From assembly GCF_013365475.1 (NCBI RefSeq), contig NZ_CP046579.1, forward strand, positions 630,001 to 662,000: a stretch of DNA of 32,000 nucleotides, read 5' to 3'. Under the pieces are notes generated by a model. That model saw nothing but the letters and a program-made list of their open reading frames with translations. It was not told where the DNA came from and did no database searches. Source of the DNA: Candidatus Saccharimonadota bacterium. Its GTDB lineage: Bacteria > Pseudomonadota > Alphaproteobacteria > Rickettsiales > Anaplasmataceae. The translations under genes were made by a program, and so were the position numbers. This document shows positions 28,191-32,000 of this stretch, in pieces. Positions within the stretch are counted from its first letter, which is position 1, and each line of letters starts with the position of its first letter.

Positions 28191-29067
28191 GCTTCAAACT
28201 TTCTAAGTTTATATGCCGTTTTACCTTACTCATCGCTTGCTCAGCTAGTTGTCTTATTCTTTCTCTTGAAATACCATACTTTTTACCAAGCTCATCTAAA
28301 GTTTGAGTATTCTCAGATAAATACCTGCTAACGAATATATCCCTTGACCTCTCGCTAAGGCTTGCTAGCGCATTTCTTAGAATTGTTTCTTTCAATTCTC
28401 TTTCTTCATGGTTTTGGTAAGTTACTTCTTGACTCCCAGAGTTACAAGGAATTATATCCTGTAGTTCCTTTTTAGAATCATCACCTAACTTTAGACAATT
28501 ATTTAGTGACTGATCCTTATAAGCTAATCGATAACTCATTTGCACAACATCACCTTCAGAGACAGAAAGCTCATTAGATATCGCTTTTATTTCTTCATTA
28601 TTTAGGGTTTCTCTATTTGTATACTGTAAAATCCTTTTTTTTATTCTACGCAGACTAAAAAATAATTTTCTTTGTGCTTGCGTTGTGCCTATCTTTACGA
28701 ACGACCATGATTTCAATATAAAATCTTTTATTGAAGCTTCAATCCACCACACTGCGTAAGTTGAAAAACGAAACCCTAAGTTAGGATTAAATTTTCTTAC
28801 TGCATGCATTAATCCTATATTCCCTTCCATAATCAAGTCCATGAGCAACAGCCCATAGTTTTTGAACTTCATTGCAATTTTCACTACTAAATTCAAATGG
28901 CTAGTAATTAATTTATGAGCAGAAGAAATATTCTTGTATTGGTGCCAATTTCTAGCCAACATTATCTCTTCTTCTTGAGAGAGCATAGGAAATTTTTGCA
29001 CTTCTGCAATATATTGCATTAAATTAGCATTACTGTTAATAGATAGACTCACTACTGGGACCAACAT
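28174..29067 (-). CDS. rpoH: RNA polymerase sigma-32 factor
   Basis: 297 aa with sigma-70 regions 2-4 and the RpoH box (TTQAQRKLFFSLRR). The N-terminus aligns with E. coli RpoH (NL..YI.....PMLS.EEE). Confidence 0.92.
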   Translation of the reverse strand: MLVPVVSLSINSNANLMQYIAEVQKFPMLSQEEEIMLARNWHQYKNISSAHKLITSHLNLVVKIAMKFKNYGLLLMDLIMEGNIGLMHAVRKFNPNLGFRFSTYAVWWIEASIKDFILKSWSFVKIGTTQAQRKLFFSLRRIKKRILQYTNRETLNNEEIKAISNELSVSEGDVVQMSYRLAYKDQSLNNCLKLGDDSKKELQDIIPCNSGSQEVTYQNHEERELKETILRNALASLSERSRDIFVSRYLSENTQTLDELGKKYGISRERIRQLAEQAMSKVKRHINLESLKLDLHG

Positions 29068-29284
29068 AACAAACCTAAACTAAACCCTATGCATACATAT
29101 ATATAATTTCTATTAAAAACTCAAGTTTTTATTCAGAATAAGCACAGCTTATTGCTTTACATATGATCGAAAACCTTGTAAGCTCCAATGATTGATATAT
29201 TTATATAAAAACTAAAGTAGCATACAGCATATGATAAGATTCCAATACATAAAAAAAGGAATAAAAATATCACCCCTTTTTCTA

Positions 29285-29323
29285 TGTCCCAGCACCAGCT
29301 ACTAAAACAATAAAACTGGGACA
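29285..29323 (-). terminator. Stem-loop 23 nt downstream of the wsp stop
   Basis: 8-bp GC-containing inverted repeat: TGTCCCAG (29285-29292) and CTGGGACA (29316-29323), with a 23-nt loop. A T-rich stretch follows on the transcribed strand, though not immediately. Confidence 0.3.
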
Positions 29324-29345
29324 ACAAGAAGAATTGCAAAATAGA

Positions 29346-30053
29346 CTAGAAGTTAAATATCAACCCAGCTTCTGCGCCAATAGTGCTGTAAAGAACTCTG
29401 ATTCCATCTTTAGTAGATTGCTGATCACTTTCAGCAATTGGCTTATCGAACTTAGCACCATAAGAACCAAAATAGCGAGCTCCAGCAAAGAGCTTTATTT
29501 CTGGAGTGAGGTCATAGCTAACACCAGCCTTTGCTTGATAAGCAAAACCAAATCCATATTCCTTATCACCTGCAACTTTGACTGCTAGAGGATTGCTTAG
29601 GTATGCTGCACCAACACCAACTCCAATATATGGAGTAACTGGCATATCTTCAATTGCTACATCATAATATACGTTAACTAATCCTGAGAATGCACTTAAA
29701 TTATCTGCAATTGCTGGAACAGGAGCTGTTTCAAGCATATCTTTACTTAGCTGTGAGTAAAGACCTTCAATATCAACTCTAATATCATCCATCTTATAAC
29801 CAAAAGCACTACCACCAGACATGAAGGAAGCTTTATAAAGGTCAGTAGTATTAGCATCCGCATTCTTTTTTTTAGCACCTATAATACCACCAACCTCTGT
29901 CTTAAAAGGTAAAAACTCACCATTATACTGCAAGCGAACGTAACAGCTTGTTTCTTCGTCAACTATTGATCCAATAGGATCAGAGAAAGCAACACTTGAT
30001 AAACTTAGCAACGTCACCAAAGCAGTTGCTGAAAAAAATCTTTTATAATACAT
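29346..30053 (-). CDS. wsp: Wolbachia surface protein (WSP) major outer membrane protein
   Basis: 235 aa. The N-terminus (MYYKRFFSATALVTLLSLSSVAFSDPIGSI..ETS.YVRLQYNGE), conserved blocks (GYKMDDIRVD.EG, SGLVNVYYD.AIEDMP.TPY.GVGVGAAY, AGARYFGS.GA.FDK) and the C-terminus (YSTIGAEAGLIFNF) match my recollection of WSP. Confidence 0.88.
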   Translation of the reverse strand: MYYKRFFSATALVTLLSLSSVAFSDPIGSIVDEETSCYVRLQYNGEFLPFKTEVGGIIGAKKKNADANTTDLYKASFMSGGSAFGYKMDDIRVDIEGLYSQLSKDMLETAPVPAIADNLSAFSGLVNVYYDVAIEDMPVTPYIGVGVGAAYLSNPLAVKVAGDKEYGFGFAYQAKAGVSYDLTPEIKLFAGARYFGSYGAKFDKPIAESDQQSTKDGIRVLYSTIGAEAGLIFNF

Positions 30054-30345
30054 AATTACCTCGTCAAAAAAATTTGAATTACACCTTAGAAATTTAAATA
30101 AAAGCTAAAGTTAAGTCAAGTACTAACTTAATAATATAAAATACTTGACATTTAAACTTAATTTTTAATAAAAAGCAAAGACTTCATTCATAAAAATGAA
30201 ATTATACTACTTTCTATCTCAAATATTTTTCTGACTTAGTATCTTTAACCCTTTATACCATTTTCTTACTACCCTACTGGTATGTAGATATTTATGAAAT
30301 AAAACAGACTAAAAATATTAAAGATTTAGCCACAATATAAAAATT

Positions 30346-30678
30346 CTAAAATGGAAGCTTAAATCCAGGTGGTATACCAATCATGCCTGCAAGACTAGAG
30401 GTTGCATTTGTCATATCTGCCTCTGCTTTTTTTATAGCATCATTGAATGCTGCTGTTACTAAATCCTCTACTATATCCTTCTCCTCACTTCTCATAAATT
30501 CTAAGTCTATGTTTATCTTCTTAGCTTTATAGCTGCCTATTTTTACAACCTCTACTAATACAGAAACCTTTCCACCACCAGAAATACCTTGAAACTCCTT
30601 TCCAACATATTTTTCCTGAGCTTCTACAAGCCTTTTCTGCATTTCCTGTGCTTGCTTCATTATTTGATTAAAATCCAC
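30346..30678 (-). CDS. ybaB: Nucleoid-associated protein YbaB/EbfC
   Basis: 110 aa with the YbaB signature (MKQAQEMQKRL...GGGKVSV...DLVTAAFNDA) and the conserved position directly after dnaX. Confidence 0.9.
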   Translation of the reverse strand: MDFNQIMKQAQEMQKRLVEAQEKYVGKEFQGISGGGKVSVLVEVVKIGSYKAKKINIDLEFMRSEEKDIVEDLVTAAFNDAIKKAEADMTNATSSLAGMIGIPPGFKLPF

Positions 30679-30681
30679 AAT

Positions 30682-32000
30682 CTACTCCTTACTTTCTATA
30701 TTAACTACCCTTGCACCCTTAAATGTATCAAGTATATCCTTAATTGCAGGTGCATAATTTAAGTCATTAACCTCTTTATTTGCGTAACACATATCGATTG
30801 TTACTAACCATTGTTGTTTAGTCACCTGATTCAAGCAATTTTTTAAGTCATTACAAAAGCTACTGCTTAACTGAGATACAGCCTTCAACTTTAAATAGCC
30901 AGGTTTGCAATCTATTAATTTTAGATTACTACATAGCTGTTTGTAAAGATAAATTTGATTATTCTGCAGTAATAGTTGTAGAATTTTATCGAAATCATAA
31001 TTTTTTTGCTGTGTATTCTCCATATTACACGCGTCACTATGCTGTTTATTCTGTGCAAGAACCTTTTTAATCACTTCTTCAGGAGAAGGCAAATCAGAAA
31101 GATAACATAGACTAATTAATATCATTTCTGCAGCAACATCATTACATGTTGAGGCTTTTATATCCTGAATTCCCTTAAGTAACACTCTCCATAATCTTGA
31201 AAAGAATATCAAAGATTTTTTTGTACTTAATTCTTTTATCTTCTCTTTTCCGTATTCTAGTATGGAATTATTAACCTCTTTTGTAATTAAAAAACGGCAT
31301 ATTAACTGAATCATTTGTAATAGATTTTCAAGGATGCTGAGTGAACTTACCGTTTTTGCTGCTTCATCAAATACAGACAAAGCTTTCCGTAAATTACCAT
31401 CTAATATGGTTTCCATCAAACTAAACACAATATTCTCCTCTACTAGACCAAGTATTTCTGTCACATCTTCAATAGATATAGAGCAATCTCTGCTATATAA
31501 CATTGCTTGATTCATTAAAAATAAAGCGTTACGCATCGAATTGCTGCAATGGTATGCAATTAATTCTGATGCTCTACTTTCAATAAAGTAATTTTCTTTT
31601 CGTGCAATGTCATTCAAACGATTCATTATTTTAGTAGCAGGTATTTTACGGAAATCGAACCTTTGACAACGAGCAATAATAGTTATTGGTATTTTTTTTA
31701 TTTCCGTTGTTGCTAGAATAAATTTCACACTAGATGGTGGCTCTTCTAAGATTTTAAGTAACGCGTTAAATGCACTACTTGATAACATGTGTACTTCGTC
31801 TATGATGTAGACTTTGAATTTGGAACTTACAGGTAAGTAACAAGTATCTCCCAATATCACTTTGATATCTTCAATACTCGTGTGACTTGCTGCATCAATT
31901 TCAATCACATCTGGGTGATTTGAATTTTTTATTGCTAAACAATTTTTACATAATCCACAAGGTTCAAAAGTGGGTCCTAAAGAACAATTTAGGCATAAGG
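30682..32000 (-). CDS. dnaX: DNA polymerase III subunit gamma/tau (5' end outside window)
   Basis: The frame stays open upstream of the track start to the window edge. That upstream part translates to ...EPCGLCKNCLAIKNSNHPDVIEIDAASHTS (zinc module and box VII region), followed by YIIDEVHMLS and the sensor motifs of clamp-loader AAA+ proteins. Confidence 0.9.
   Translation of the reverse strand, partial: LCLNCSLGPTFEPCGLCKNCLAIKNSNHPDVIEIDAASHTSIEDIKVILGDTCYLPVSSKFKVYIIDEVHMLSSSAFNALLKILEEPPSSVKFILATTEIKKIPITIIARCQRFDFRKIPATKIMNRLNDIARKENYFIESRASELIAYHCSNSMRNALFLMNQAMLYSRDCSISIEDVTEILGLVEENIVFSLMETILDGNLRKALSVFDEAAKTVSSLSILENLLQMIQLICRFLITKEVNNSILEYGKEKIKELSTKKSLIFFSRLWRVLLKGIQDIKASTCNDVAAEMILISLCYLSDLPSPEEVIKKVLAQNKQHSDACNMENTQQKNYDFDKILQLLLQNNQIYLYKQLCSNLKLIDCKPGYLKLKAVSQLSSSFCNDLKNCLNQVTKQQWLVTIDMCYANKEVNDLNYAPAIKDILDTFKGARVVNIESKE

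Noticed and set aside
29157-29339. 60-aa hydrophobic minus-strand ORF between wsp and rpoH
   Set aside because: TTG start, overlaps the wsp 3' stem-loop, and its composition (F/L/I/C/Y) reflects T-rich DNA. It more likely lies in the rpoH promoter and leader region.
31690-31705. A8 run in dnaX as a possible gamma/tau programmed frameshift site
   Set aside because: It lies in the AAA+ module (TEIKKIPITII), far upstream of where the E. coli gamma frameshift occurs. There is no downstream stem-loop and no A AAA AAG heptamer context.
1-32000. Search for CRISPR arrays, IS or WO-prophage genes, ankyrin-repeat or cif-like effectors, toxin-antitoxin pairs and defence islands
   Set aside because: I saw no spaced direct repeats, transposase or integrase motifs, ankyrin repeats or small paired ORFs. 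Every ORF over 100 aa that is not nested in a larger annotated gene has a recognisable family assignment, and all but the wsp/wspB surface proteins and the T4SS genes are housekeeping functions.

Overview
AT-rich, mostly core chromosomal segment of an Anaplasmataceae endosymbiont. It is most consistent with Wolbachia: a WSP-type surface protein gene, and the gene order ribA, virB8, virB9, virB10, virB11, virD4, wspB-like OMP. I support 24 protein-coding genes. They are secF (partial), yidC, ribH, nusB, infA, maf, an alanine/Na+ symporter, a wspB-like OMP, virD4, virB11, virB10, virB9, virB8, ribA, a signal-peptide metallophosphoesterase, purL, an addB-like nuclease, purF, a NifU/Nfu protein, hisS, an IalB-like secreted protein, rpoH, wsp, ybaB and dnaX (partial). 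There is also one tRNA-Leu(GAG), which the six-frame track masks by running the ribA ORF through it. I see no CRISPR array, intact IS or prophage, toxin-antitoxin pair, or recognisable defence or accessory island, and no convincing new multi-gene system. Four things are worth a second look. (1) Three ORF-free AT-rich spacers, of which the 1.55 kb one between two convergent gene ends is the hardest to explain. (2) Lineage-specific features of the type IV secretion proteins: a roughly 90-100 aa insertion in the VirB10 antenna region and a repetitive acidic VirD4 tail. (3) Unusual domain architectures in PurL and RibA. (4) Long poly(A) tracts inside ORFs. All product calls come from reading motifs in the translations; no database search was possible.
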